Source: a bacterium (GTDB taxonomy: Bacteria; Patescibacteriota; UBA1384; CAILIB01). Taken from it: 64,000 bases of DNA. Both the position numbers and the translations under genes were made by a program. This document shows positions 41,766 to 50,524 of this stretch, one piece after another. The notes under the pieces are model-generated. The model made no database searches. It was not told where the DNA came from and saw nothing but the letters and a program-made list of their open reading frames with translations. The stretch spans positions 701,465 to 765,464 of the forward strand of contig JBAXRQ010000001.1 in assembly GCA_037131105.1 (NCBI GenBank), given 5' to 3'. Every line of letters starts with the position of its first letter. Position 1 is the first letter of the stretch.

Positions 41766-42629
41766 TTAGTTAGCGACGTTGATAGCGGTGAAGGTCAGGT
41801 TGGCGTCACCAGTTGTGACGTTTCCTGCTGTGGTGTTCTGGTTCACGTTGTTGTTACCAGAGTCTGAGGTAACGCTGAAGCCGTTGCTGATGTTAGCAGT
41901 GTTGTTCACTGTCGTAACATCAGTGCTGACGCTGGTCAGCGAGTTACTGTTGGTGGAGTTCGACCCAGTGTGGTCGTTTCCGCCGCTCACGTTTACCATG
42001 CTAGTACCGCCGCCGCCAAGGATAGCTGAAGCTCCGCTGTTGGCAGTGGTGCTGTAGGCAATGTTGGCATTGGTTCCGCCGGTGCTCACCGATCCCAGAG
42101 TAGTATTCTGGTTGGCGGTGTTGTTACCGGTGTTCACTGCGATGTTTGCAGCGTTAGCTACTGCAGCGCTGTTGGTCAGGGTCGTAACAGAGGTCCGGGT
42201 AATTGTAGCAGTATTGGTGTTGCTAGAATTGGATCCGGTAACGCTGTTGCTGCCGCTTACCATGTCAGTGCTGTTGAACGAAGGCATGATGACGCCTGCA
42301 CCAACATTTAAAGCGTTACTGAAGAGGCCGCCAACGTTAGCTGTACCGGTGTGCAAGCCGCCGACAGTGGTGTTGTTGTTGGTAGCGTTTCCACCGCTGG
42401 TGAAGGCTGCAGCTGCAGCGTTGTTAAGAGCGGCAGCGTTGGTCCAGGCCTGTGTCGCAAGACTGGCTAGAGTCTGGGAGCTGGTGTTTACCGAGTTCGA
42501 GCCGGTCGTGGAGTTGGTATTGGTGATAGTAGCCGATGATGCATGGACCATACCGGCGCTTCCAGCTAGGAGAGCTGTACCGATACCAGCAACCCGCATC
42601 AGGTTACGTACGTGTTCGAGCTTTGTCAT
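41766..42629 (-). CDS. Secreted protein made of three 70-aa Asn/Thr repeats
   Basis: AAGGAG RBS, signal peptide ending VHA, 3 repeats; ends on the last repeat residue. Confidence 0.85.
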   Translation of the reverse strand: MTKLEHVRNLMRVAGIGTALLAGSAGMVHASSATITNTNSTTGSNSVNTSSQTLASLATQAWTNAAALNNAAAAAFTSGGNATNNNTTVGGLHTGTANVGGLFSNALNVGAGVIMPSFNSTDMVSGSNSVTGSNSSNTNTATITRTSVTTLTNSAAVANAANIAVNTGNNTANQNTTLGSVSTGGTNANIAYSTTANSGASAILGGGGTSMVNVSGGNDHTGSNSTNSNSLTSVSTDVTTVNNTANISNGFSVTSDSGNNNVNQNTTAGNVTTGDANLTFTAINVAN

Positions 42630-42770
42630 AGAACTCCTTTACTTAGTTTGATAGGCTTATAAGTAATGATGCACGGGAGGTAATCGACCGACTCACTCCT
42701 ATGTGCCACTTCATAGTATAGTCGATCTTTTGGCTCGACAGTATGCTCAGCTACATAAAAAGTGTGAGCC

Positions 42771-43097
42771 ATGTCACAGTTCAGCTCTAGTAGCTATGAT
42801 TCATTTCAAAAACTCATCCTTCGCATACCAGCGGGTAGGGTAATGAGCTATGGACAAGTGGCCAAAATGGCGGGTCTTCCACGCGGTGCACGGATGGTTG
42901 GTTGGTCACTGCGGACTCTCCCACCAAACACCAACATACCGTGGCACCGAGTGGTAAACCGACTCGGGAGACTAAGCATTGTTCATCCCTATCTTGGCGC
43001 TGAACAGCAGGCGGCCCTACTAAGGAAGGAAGGCGTGGAAGTCGCCGAAGTAGACGGCTGCCTCACCCTCATTAATCCCCCCTGGCATACGTTTTGA
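42771..43097 (+). CDS. Alkyltransferase-like protein (ATL, MGMT family)
   Basis: IPAGRVMSYGQVA, ARMVG and PWHRV (Trp replacing the catalytic Cys). Confidence 0.9.
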   Translation: MSQFSSSSYDSFQKLILRIPAGRVMSYGQVAKMAGLPRGARMVGWSLRTLPPNTNIPWHRVVNRLGRLSIVHPYLGAEQQAALLRKEGVEVAEVDGCLTLINPPWHTF

Positions 43098-43220
43098 GAA
43101 GTAGTATGAACATGTATTGTACGGCTGGGTCAGCCATGATATAACCGTAGGCATAGCACACTGACGTTTGGACCGAAACGTAGGTGTGTGATTTTGTTTT
43201 TTTGACAGGAGCAGAGAACC

Positions 43221-43382
43221 ATGTCTTTGGTAAATGGCGAATCGACCAAGCGCCGCACCGAACGGATCAAAGGCCAAGCAGTCACCTGCTGTCGCAATGG
43301 CACCAGTACCTATACCGGAAGCTCAAAAGCACCACTCACCCCATTGACCGGTAGCGCCCACAACCTTCCCCGTATTCGTTGA
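43221..43382 (+). CDS. Small basic ORF (53 aa), putative
   Basis: AGGAG RBS; upstream promoter TTGTAC-17-TATAAC (43117-43145); downstream terminator. Below the ORF-track cutoff. Confidence 0.4.
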   Translation: MSLVNGESTKRRTERIKGQAVTCCRNGTSTYTGSSKAPLTPLTGSAHNLPRIR

Positions 43383-43482
43383 GCACTCCGACACACCATC
43401 TGCCGTACCGTGGCCTCCCCGATTGGTTCGGGGAGGCCACACCCCCTTTATACGGCATGGCGCTCCTCAAGTTCTGCAAACA

Positions 43483-43506
43483 CCTCCTCCCGGAGGCTTT
43501 TTTTTT
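43483..43506 (+). terminator. Intrinsic terminator
   Basis: CCTCC-TCCC-GGAGG followed by C and T9. Confidence 0.7.
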
Positions 43507-43737
43507 GACCAGCTGATCCTCCCATATTTGCAATACCCGCCAGCCAACCTCTTGTACGTTTATTCAATTACACACATCCCGCCGTATGATCTACTCTATT
43601 TCTCTGGTAAAGAAATCTTCCACTCGTCTCTCAAATTATAATAAGCGTATGTCAGTTCATACACACGAAACCGGCACCCTCTGGGCAAGAAGGCATCCCC
43701 TGGATTATACTAGTATATATATTAGCTAGCTCTTTCT

Positions 43738-44928
43738 ATGCCTGACTCGAAGCCTTCCTCAGTCCTCATCATCGGTGGTGGCTTCGCCGGCCTGCGCACC
43801 GCCCTTGATCTGACCCGCCGCGCACGCCCAAACCTACATATTACCCTTGTCAGCGACCGACCAGATTTCCAATACCCACCTACCCTTTACCGAGTAGTGA
43901 CCGGTCGTGACAAGCGCTCCAGCTCTGTCCCCTTGAAAGAACTCCTTAAAGGAAGGGACATTAAGATCGTCACCGACACCATCACTGCCGTTGACCCGGC
44001 CGCCCACACCGCCACCGGGAAGTCCGGTGGCAGCTATTCCTTTGATTATCTGGTTCTTGCCATCGGTAGCCAGCCTTCCTACTTCCATATAGAAGGCCTG
44101 CAGGAACTTTCCTATGGCTTCAAGACACTCGATGAGGCATTGCGTCTGCGCAAACACCTTGACGAGGTACTAACCCTAAAGCCAGGAGAGGAAAAGGACG
44201 AGCAAGTGGTCTCGGCCAACTTCATGATAGTCGGCGGCGGCCCCTGCGGTGTCGAGCTAGCTGGAGAGCTTGGTCACTATGCCCGTTCTCTCGCTAAAAA
44301 GCATAAGTTTGACCCCTCTCTCATCACCATCGACCTCATCGAGGCGGCTCCGCGAGTACTACCACCTATGACCCCTGCGGTGTCGGCCAAAGTGGAGGCC
44401 CATCTGCGCGACCTAGGCGTCAATGTCTTCATTAACAAGACAGTAGTTAAAGAAGAGGTAGAACAGCTCCTCCTTAAAGACATGTCAGTAAAGACCAAAA
44501 CCGTGGTCTGGACCGCCGGAGTCAAGCCCCATGCCCTTTATAGCCAGATCGCCGGACTAGAGCTGGATAAGCGAGGTAAAGTTGTGGTAGATGAGCTACT
44601 CCAGGCCAAGGGCTTCCCCGGAATCTTTATCCTCGGTGACGCCGCCTCCACTCAGTACGCCGGACTTGCCCAGACCGCCCTGCACGATGGCAACCATGCC
44701 GCCCAGGCCATACTCGCTCACGCTTCTGGATCAACACCCCTACCCTACGCTCCCGCCAAGCCGGCCAGCGCCATTCCGGTCGGTGACGGCTGGGCAGTTA
44801 CCGTATATATGGGCATGACCTTCTACGGCCGCATGGGCTGGTGGCTGCGCCGGGCCGCCGACCTACGCTTTTTCTTTACTATCATGTCTCCCGCTCTCGC
44901 CATATCGACATTCAGACGCGACCGTTAA
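43738..44928 (+). CDS. ndh: Type II NADH dehydrogenase-like FAD oxidoreductase
   Basis: IIGGGFAG, DYLVLAIGS, VGGGPCGVELAGE, WTAGV and GD motifs. Confidence 0.85.
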   Translation: MPDSKPSSVLIIGGGFAGLRTALDLTRRARPNLHITLVSDRPDFQYPPTLYRVVTGRDKRSSSVPLKELLKGRDIKIVTDTITAVDPAAHTATGKSGGSYSFDYLVLAIGSQPSYFHIEGLQELSYGFKTLDEALRLRKHLDEVLTLKPGEEKDEQVVSANFMIVGGGPCGVELAGELGHYARSLAKKHKFDPSLITIDLIEAAPRVLPPMTPAVSAKVEAHLRDLGVNVFINKTVVKEEVEQLLLKDMSVKTKTVVWTAGVKPHALYSQIAGLELDKRGKVVVDELLQAKGFPGIFILGDAASTQYAGLAQTALHDGNHAAQAILAHASGSTPLPYAPAKPASAIPVGDGWAVTVYMGMTFYGRMGWWLRRAADLRFFFTIMSPALAISTFRRDR

Positions 44929-44999
44929 CACCTGAAACGTACTTGACAAGACCCGTCTCTCTTCCGGATACTTAAACTACCTACATCTTAAGCTCTAGC

Positions 45000-46493
45000 A
45001 TGCCGACGCCATCCATCAGCCTCACCACCGGGGTCAAGCAAGGCGCTGCCGCTCTTGTCGCACTTGCCATGGTTGGCACTGCCGGCACCCTTGCCTACCT
45101 ACAGAACCGTTCCGGCGCTTCAGTAATCTCAGGCGAGAGCCACTACTATAGCCAGGATGCCGCAGTCATGCAGGGGTATTTCACTAACGCCGAACCTGGT
45201 TATAACGCCAGCGTCAGCCTGAGCTTCCAGTCTGGTGACCGGGTACTTCCCGACAAGACAACTGGGACACTGGCAACTATCGACATTTCTAAGGCCGACT
45301 CAGCCTACTGGAGCCAAGCCGCCCCTATCGAAATTACTCATTACCTAGGCCGCAAGACCACCGCTATCGCCACAAACTCAACTACCACGGTGGCGCCGAT
45401 TCCTACCGATGTAAAGAAGTATATCGAAGTCCTTACCATCAACAGCCTCAGACTAGCTCCCCGGCCTGCCACGATGGCGGTGACTGCAGCCTCGCTCGTC
45501 CTCTACCAACAGGCTGGCACCAACGGTGGCGTCAAGTCCGGCAAACTTTTCCAGGACCTCACCAATCTTCTGGAGCCTGCCTTTAGCGCCTACTCCTATA
45601 GCGGAAATGCCGGCGTCACACCCGCACCGACCGACCCTAACCCGGCCTACGCCACTCCAGTCGAGCCTCTGGTAAGCGATACAACACCAGCAGCGTCTGC
45701 AGCCCTTACGGACACTAAGAACAAGCTGGTCAACGATGTCCGAAGCTATCTCGTCACCACCGACTCACTAAATTCTTACGCCCAGGGCAACGCTCTCACC
45801 ATTCCTGCTAACTACCTTCTGACCACTACCGACCTCAATCTGCTAGAAGGGTTTATCATGGAGAAATACTCACTGCTACCCAACTACAACCGTATACAGA
45901 CGGTCATCGCCCGTTTCATGACCAATCCTTCGGATCCCTCCTTCCCGAACCGGGCCATTATTACCGAGGCCTCCAATGACCTACTGGTAGCCTATACCTA
46001 TACACCCGTCATTGATCCTACTGCTAATCCTCCTACCCTTAACTCTTACCTCCCTGCAAACCTACTGATCGCCAAGCCTGCTCTTTCAGGGAGCTACACC
46101 GTATTCAAAAGCAACGGTACCCAGGTTTATTCCCTGAAAGGCTTCTCGTTGCCTGACCTTGATCCTACCACCGTCAGTTCGACCGATAGCTTCACCCTGC
46201 GAGCCAACGCCAACTTCTACGACTACCGGACCGACTCGCGAAACCCGACCATTACGCCAGCCAAAGTCACCCTATCATTTAACCACGATGCCACCAGAAA
46301 CATCGAGCTGACCAACGTAAGCATTATCAAGGTCAACTCCAACGATACGGACAGAGTACTGGTGTCGAAGCAGTATGCCGCCTTCGCCGACCTGGACAAG
46401 TCCTCAGCCTTTAAGGTGGCTACCGTCTCAGGACGCCGGCTGTTCACCTACTCGACAGCAACCCCCACGCCAAGCGCCAGCCCGACTCCTTAG
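45000..46493 (+). CDS. Hypothetical exported protein
   Basis: 497-aa ORF with an N-terminal hydrophobic helix, T/S/N/P-rich; TTGACA upstream. Confidence 0.75.
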   Translation: MPTPSISLTTGVKQGAAALVALAMVGTAGTLAYLQNRSGASVISGESHYYSQDAAVMQGYFTNAEPGYNASVSLSFQSGDRVLPDKTTGTLATIDISKADSAYWSQAAPIEITHYLGRKTTAIATNSTTTVAPIPTDVKKYIEVLTINSLRLAPRPATMAVTAASLVLYQQAGTNGGVKSGKLFQDLTNLLEPAFSAYSYSGNAGVTPAPTDPNPAYATPVEPLVSDTTPAASAALTDTKNKLVNDVRSYLVTTDSLNSYAQGNALTIPANYLLTTTDLNLLEGFIMEKYSLLPNYNRIQTVIARFMTNPSDPSFPNRAIITEASNDLLVAYTYTPVIDPTANPPTLNSYLPANLLIAKPALSGSYTVFKSNGTQVYSLKGFSLPDLDPTTVSSTDSFTLRANANFYDYRTDSRNPTITPAKVTLSFNHDATRNIELTNVSIIKVNSNDTDRVLVSKQYAAFADLDKSSAFKVATVSGRRLFTYSTATPTPSASPTP

Positions 46494-46524
46494 CTCCAGA
46501 AGTAGTACTAGCTACATTCAATGG

Positions 46525-46555
46525 GAAAGCCGCCGGCACTATGCCGGCGGCTTTC
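46525..46555. terminator. Bidirectional terminator
   Basis: GAAAGCCGCCGGCA-CTA-TGCCGGCGGCTTTC perfect 14-bp stem. Confidence 0.8.
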
Positions 46556-46588
46556 TACGATCATTATCAGCTTCCTATGTGCTGCCAG

Positions 46589-47089
46589 TTATTGTTGCTG
46601 CCTACCGATCTTCTCATTGAAATCCCTGAAGCGCTCCTGTATGTCCTCAGGGATGACCTGAACGTTATCGTCTATAAGATCTGCCGCATCCTGTAGAAGC
46701 TCTCCGACGAAGTCGCCGGGATCTGCATGGTAAAGGCGAAATGAAATCCGTGCGATCGTTGCCCCGAGCTGACCGAGGACCAGCGATACCCCTTGCACAA
46801 CCACCCTTTCTTCGCCGTCTTCCCCCGCTTCATGCTTCGTCTGAGGAGTATTCTCCTCTCCGGCCGCCATAGCGGCAATAGCGTAGCCCTTACTGTTCTC
46901 AGGTGAGAACTCGGCCTCGCGAAGCGCGACCATTTCAGGAGTCTCCACTACATACAAATCCGCAGCAAGCCGGAGACCTATTTCCGCCAATTCCTTGGGA
47001 GTCTCCACTACGGGAGCAGCCTCTGCGGCTGGCGCCGTCTGCTCAGTCTTATTACCACCTGTTCCAACCGGCAAATCTTCTATGGACAT
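46589..47089 (-). CDS. Hypothetical acidic protein
   Basis: GAGGT RBS, 166 aa; no family recognised. Confidence 0.65.
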   Translation of the reverse strand: MSIEDLPVGTGGNKTEQTAPAAEAAPVVETPKELAEIGLRLAADLYVVETPEMVALREAEFSPENSKGYAIAAMAAGEENTPQTKHEAGEDGEERVVVQGVSLVLGQLGATIARISFRLYHADPGDFVGELLQDAADLIDDNVQVIPEDIQERFRDFNEKIGRQQQ

Positions 47090-47154
47090 AATTACACCTC
47101 TCTATTAGGGCTTTGCCCTAGTATCTCTCACGATCCGATACTATACCAGAGCCC

Positions 47155-47913
47155 CTATTTAAATACAAGATAGGCCTTCTGGCCATCCTGGATGTTGTCA
47201 GGGTCCCAGTCATGGATAGCATTATAGAACGGCTGGTAGTCGTAATGGTAATGCAGCCCTCGCCAGGTCCCCGGCTCATTGGTAATGATCCCGGTTGCGT
47301 CATAGCCGGTAGCCACCAGCATGTGGTAATTAGGCCCGCCAGCACTGAAGTAGGGATTAGGCAGCAACTTGCCAGCCATGCCGAGGATGACCGGATGCCC
47401 AGCCGCCAGCTCCTGTTTTACCTGATCTATGGAATCGATGGAAAGCACTTTGCCGTTATTCATCCCATAATCGTCCTTAGCAATCTGGTTGAGCTGGTCC
47501 AGGGTAATGCTCAGGCCGTATCCATGAGCCTCCTCCCAGTGCACCAGGGCGGTAATCTCGGTATCAGCCTGGGTAGGCGAAGAGATCGGGGTACCGTCCA
47601 GGAAATGCTTGACCATGATCAAGCTGGTCTCTTCGCAAGCGTCCTCATGTAAGGCGTCCCAGACATTGAAAGGAGCCTGCAGAGTGTAGGGCACGGTTAT
47701 TAGGGTAGACGCGGGCAAAGGAGAGCTACTAGGCGTGGCAGCAGGAGTCGCAGTAGGCTTGGCAGTAGGAAGCGTGGTGCCGACCTGGGTATTGCCTGCC
47801 TCGATATCGCCTAGTTGACTGTACTGGACGTGGATGGCATAGGCAATTCCCGCTACAGAGATACCGAGAGCGGCAACCAGGAAAGCGATGAGATAGCTTA
47901 CGCCGTTTTTCAT
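47155..47913 (-). CDS. Membrane-anchored C39-like peptidase
   Basis: VPYTLQAP, DACEETSL, GHPVI, YHMLVATGYD and TNEPG motifs. Confidence 0.8.
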   Translation of the reverse strand: MKNGVSYLIAFLVAALGISVAGIAYAIHVQYSQLGDIEAGNTQVGTTLPTAKPTATPAATPSSSPLPASTLITVPYTLQAPFNVWDALHEDACEETSLIMVKHFLDGTPISSPTQADTEITALVHWEEAHGYGLSITLDQLNQIAKDDYGMNNGKVLSIDSIDQVKQELAAGHPVILGMAGKLLPNPYFSAGGPNYHMLVATGYDATGIITNEPGTWRGLHYHYDYQPFYNAIHDWDPDNIQDGQKAYLVFK

Positions 47914-47934
47914 AATGAGTTCATAGTATCTATA

Positions 47935-50421
47935 TTAAAACACCACAACGCCCATAGCCCCAAAGGCACTCCAGTTCGACTGCAGCTGAGCCGTAGTCCA
48001 ATGCAAGCGGCCGAAGATGGGATCGTTGATGATGAATCCGGTAGGATGCGCGACCGGTCCGGTGAAACCCACTAACAGGCGCACATGTTCACCTATCCAG
48101 CCGTTCACAGCCCGGCCGGCCGGAGTCACCCAGGGATCAGGCCGCGGATTACTACCGGCCACTCCCCAGAAGACGACGGGGTTTCCGGCGGCAATGTTCG
48201 AAGCCACGCTAGCGGCACTCAAGGTAAGTATCTGCGAGGAACGGTATTGGTTGGCCACGTTAGCGATGGGAGCCGTATACACCCCATACCCGGTCGAGTC
48301 CTGATGACCGTTCACATCGCCGACAAAGGCCGCATAAGGATCACCCCAGACATTCCCACTGCGAGGCGTCGTGTCCACCGGGAGGGCACCCAGTACGGTA
48401 GCCTCGCTGACGCCAACCCCCTTGTATCTGAGGGCCATGGTAAGCGATGCCGCCTCGCAGGAAAGCGGCTTCTGTTGGTAGTACACCGGAATAGATAACA
48501 GCGTCGACGACTCCTCAGTCTGGAATGAGCTAGAGGCAACACTCGTGGAGGGAAGCCCGATCTGACTTACCACTCCGGCTGCCACAGTGACTTGGTACCC
48601 AGCATCCTTACTAAGGCTGGCGGCATAACTCATGGTCTGTCCTGACCAGCTGAATGTACCTGCGACGGCAGGAGAGATCGAGAAGGCCTGCTGGGCCGAG
48701 TCATGGTCTACAGGCTGATCAAAGGCTACCTTTATCGGTGTGCCCACACTGACTCCCCCGCTCCCAGAACGCGGCGTAATCGAGCTTACCCGTACATGCC
48801 CGATAGTAGTAAAGGTGAACGACGCGGCATCGGGAAGAAAGCCTTCGTGGGCGTCCTTCAGGCCCTTGGCCACCGTGACGGTATATTTGGTATCCAGCTG
48901 TAGAGCGCCGGTCATGGTGTAGACGAGGGTCTTGTTGTCTACCCACTTCCAGGTCCCAGCGACTGCAGGCTGAACCGTAATCTGGGAAGTCGGATCCACT
49001 GAGGCCATTGCCTCGCTAAACGTGAGTGTTAGTGACTTCTGGCTGAGCAGTACCCCGCCGCCCTGTGGCGTGAAGCCGCTGATACCTGGCGCCCCTTTGG
49101 TAGTAAATGAGGCAGTCGCCACCGTGACAGGCAGATCGGTGGAGTTGCGCAGGGTGCCGTCTTCACCATAGATAGTCAGAACCCGTTTGACCGCCAGACT
49201 ATAGTCAGTACTCTGGTCGAGACAGCCCTTCGGGGTGAGCGTATAGGTCTTGCCGTCACTGCTTAAAGCGCTGGTCAGGTCGATGGCAGGAGTCATCTGA
49301 AAACTGAACTCGGCCACATGGTCTGCCGACTCGTTCAAGGTGACCGTTATAGGGTCGCAGATGCCTACCTGCTTGGAATCGGCACTCACTGATACGTTCT
49401 TCACGCTGGGAAGCGCCGGAGTCTTAAAAGTAAGGCTGTAGTCGCTGTTTTCGCGGCTCAGGACATTGGCAAGGTGAGTAATCCTAAGAGTATAGGTGGT
49501 GCCAGGCTCCAGGTGCTGGCTTGGCGTGAAGATCAGCTGCCTGACGAAGATCCGCTGAAGGTAGGAGTCCGCGAAAGAAATGTCACCCTTCACTGGCGGT
49601 GAGAGAGTCACTTCTATCTGGCTGCGGTTTATGGGGCGGTCAAAGGTAACGGTAATAGGGGCTACCAGGCTTTCCAGCTGGGTGCCGTCAGTCGGTGCAG
49701 CGGCATTGGCTACAGGCAGACGGATAAAACTGTCATAGGTCCAGTACGTCCCCCCGGCAACCGCCACTGCGAACACAAAGACCGCCACCTGCTTCATGAA
49801 GTGGTGGCGACGATGAAACGGATCGGTATGCTCAGGATCAGTAGGCAGGCGATAGGCAGCACAAACCGGACCCCACAAAGCCCCGAACAGGAACACCATG
49901 GCAATCTCCTCAATGGGATGGCCAGCCGCCACTATGCCCGAGAACGAGGAGATGGTCTCCACAGGCCCCACTACTGGAATGCTCAGGAAGTAATACAGCG
50001 CGACATAGAATATCCCGAATCCCAGGGCCGAGGCCAGGGCGTCCCAGATCAGTGCTCTCCCCATCACAAAGCTTGCCGCCAGGATGAGCAGCAGGGCTAT
50101 GCCAGCCGCTACCAGCATCTGCACATGGAGTAACCAGAGTAACAGAAGGGCAAGCAAAGGACCGGCCAATAGCCAGCGCAGGTGAATGCGGGAAGGATGC
50201 AGAGCCGGAGTCAGCAGTCGGCGTAGAGTCAGGCAGTAGATGACGTCGGCGACGCCTCCCAGCACGAAAACGGTGACAAGCTGCCACCAAAAGCTGCCAT
50301 AAAATCCTATACCGGCAAGCAGGGGCAGTCCAAGCAGCGGCAAGGTGACAAAGGCGGCAACCAAGCCCTCCTTCCAGAGAGGACGGATGGGGGCTGCCGG
50401 TCTGTTACCAAAGGTGAGCAT
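47935..50421 (-). CDS. Multi-TM + Ig-like repeats + C39-like peptidase fusion
   Basis: About 7 TMs with PIEE, four Ig-like units (TFDRPI / L.PGTTY type), then YYQQKPLSCEAASLTMAL, EHVRLLVG and NDP. Confidence 0.8.
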   Translation of the reverse strand: MLTFGNRPAAPIRPLWKEGLVAAFVTLPLLGLPLLAGIGFYGSFWWQLVTVFVLGGVADVIYCLTLRRLLTPALHPSRIHLRWLLAGPLLALLLLWLLHVQMLVAAGIALLLILAASFVMGRALIWDALASALGFGIFYVALYYFLSIPVVGPVETISSFSGIVAAGHPIEEIAMVFLFGALWGPVCAAYRLPTDPEHTDPFHRRHHFMKQVAVFVFAVAVAGGTYWTYDSFIRLPVANAAAPTDGTQLESLVAPITVTFDRPINRSQIEVTLSPPVKGDISFADSYLQRIFVRQLIFTPSQHLEPGTTYTLRITHLANVLSRENSDYSLTFKTPALPSVKNVSVSADSKQVGICDPITVTLNESADHVAEFSFQMTPAIDLTSALSSDGKTYTLTPKGCLDQSTDYSLAVKRVLTIYGEDGTLRNSTDLPVTVATASFTTKGAPGISGFTPQGGGVLLSQKSLTLTFSEAMASVDPTSQITVQPAVAGTWKWVDNKTLVYTMTGALQLDTKYTVTVAKGLKDAHEGFLPDAASFTFTTIGHVRVSSITPRSGSGGVSVGTPIKVAFDQPVDHDSAQQAFSISPAVAGTFSWSGQTMSYAASLSKDAGYQVTVAAGVVSQIGLPSTSVASSSFQTEESSTLLSIPVYYQQKPLSCEAASLTMALRYKGVGVSEATVLGALPVDTTPRSGNVWGDPYAAFVGDVNGHQDSTGYGVYTAPIANVANQYRSSQILTLSAASVASNIAAGNPVVFWGVAGSNPRPDPWVTPAGRAVNGWIGEHVRLLVGFTGPVAHPTGFIINDPIFGRLHWTTAQLQSNWSAFGAMGVVVF

Positions 50422-50524
50422 GGAAGCGTGGTATCTTTACCACTAATCATATCATGAGGCAGGCCCTAATAACGCAAATAGCGGGCCCCCGGAGGGACCC
50501 GCTACTGTTATCATGGAGCCGCGA

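Noticed and set aside
41682-41768. Stop-codon readthrough fusing repeat proteins A and B
   Set aside because: A's TAA is followed by another in-frame stop five codons later, and B has its own RBS and an upstream in-frame stop.
39400-42500. Recurring GAGTTGCTGCCGGTCTGGG-like DNA repeats as a CRISPR or DGR template
   Set aside because: They are the coding sequence of the NSQTGSNS protein repeat, vary at synonymous sites, and no reverse transcriptase is present.
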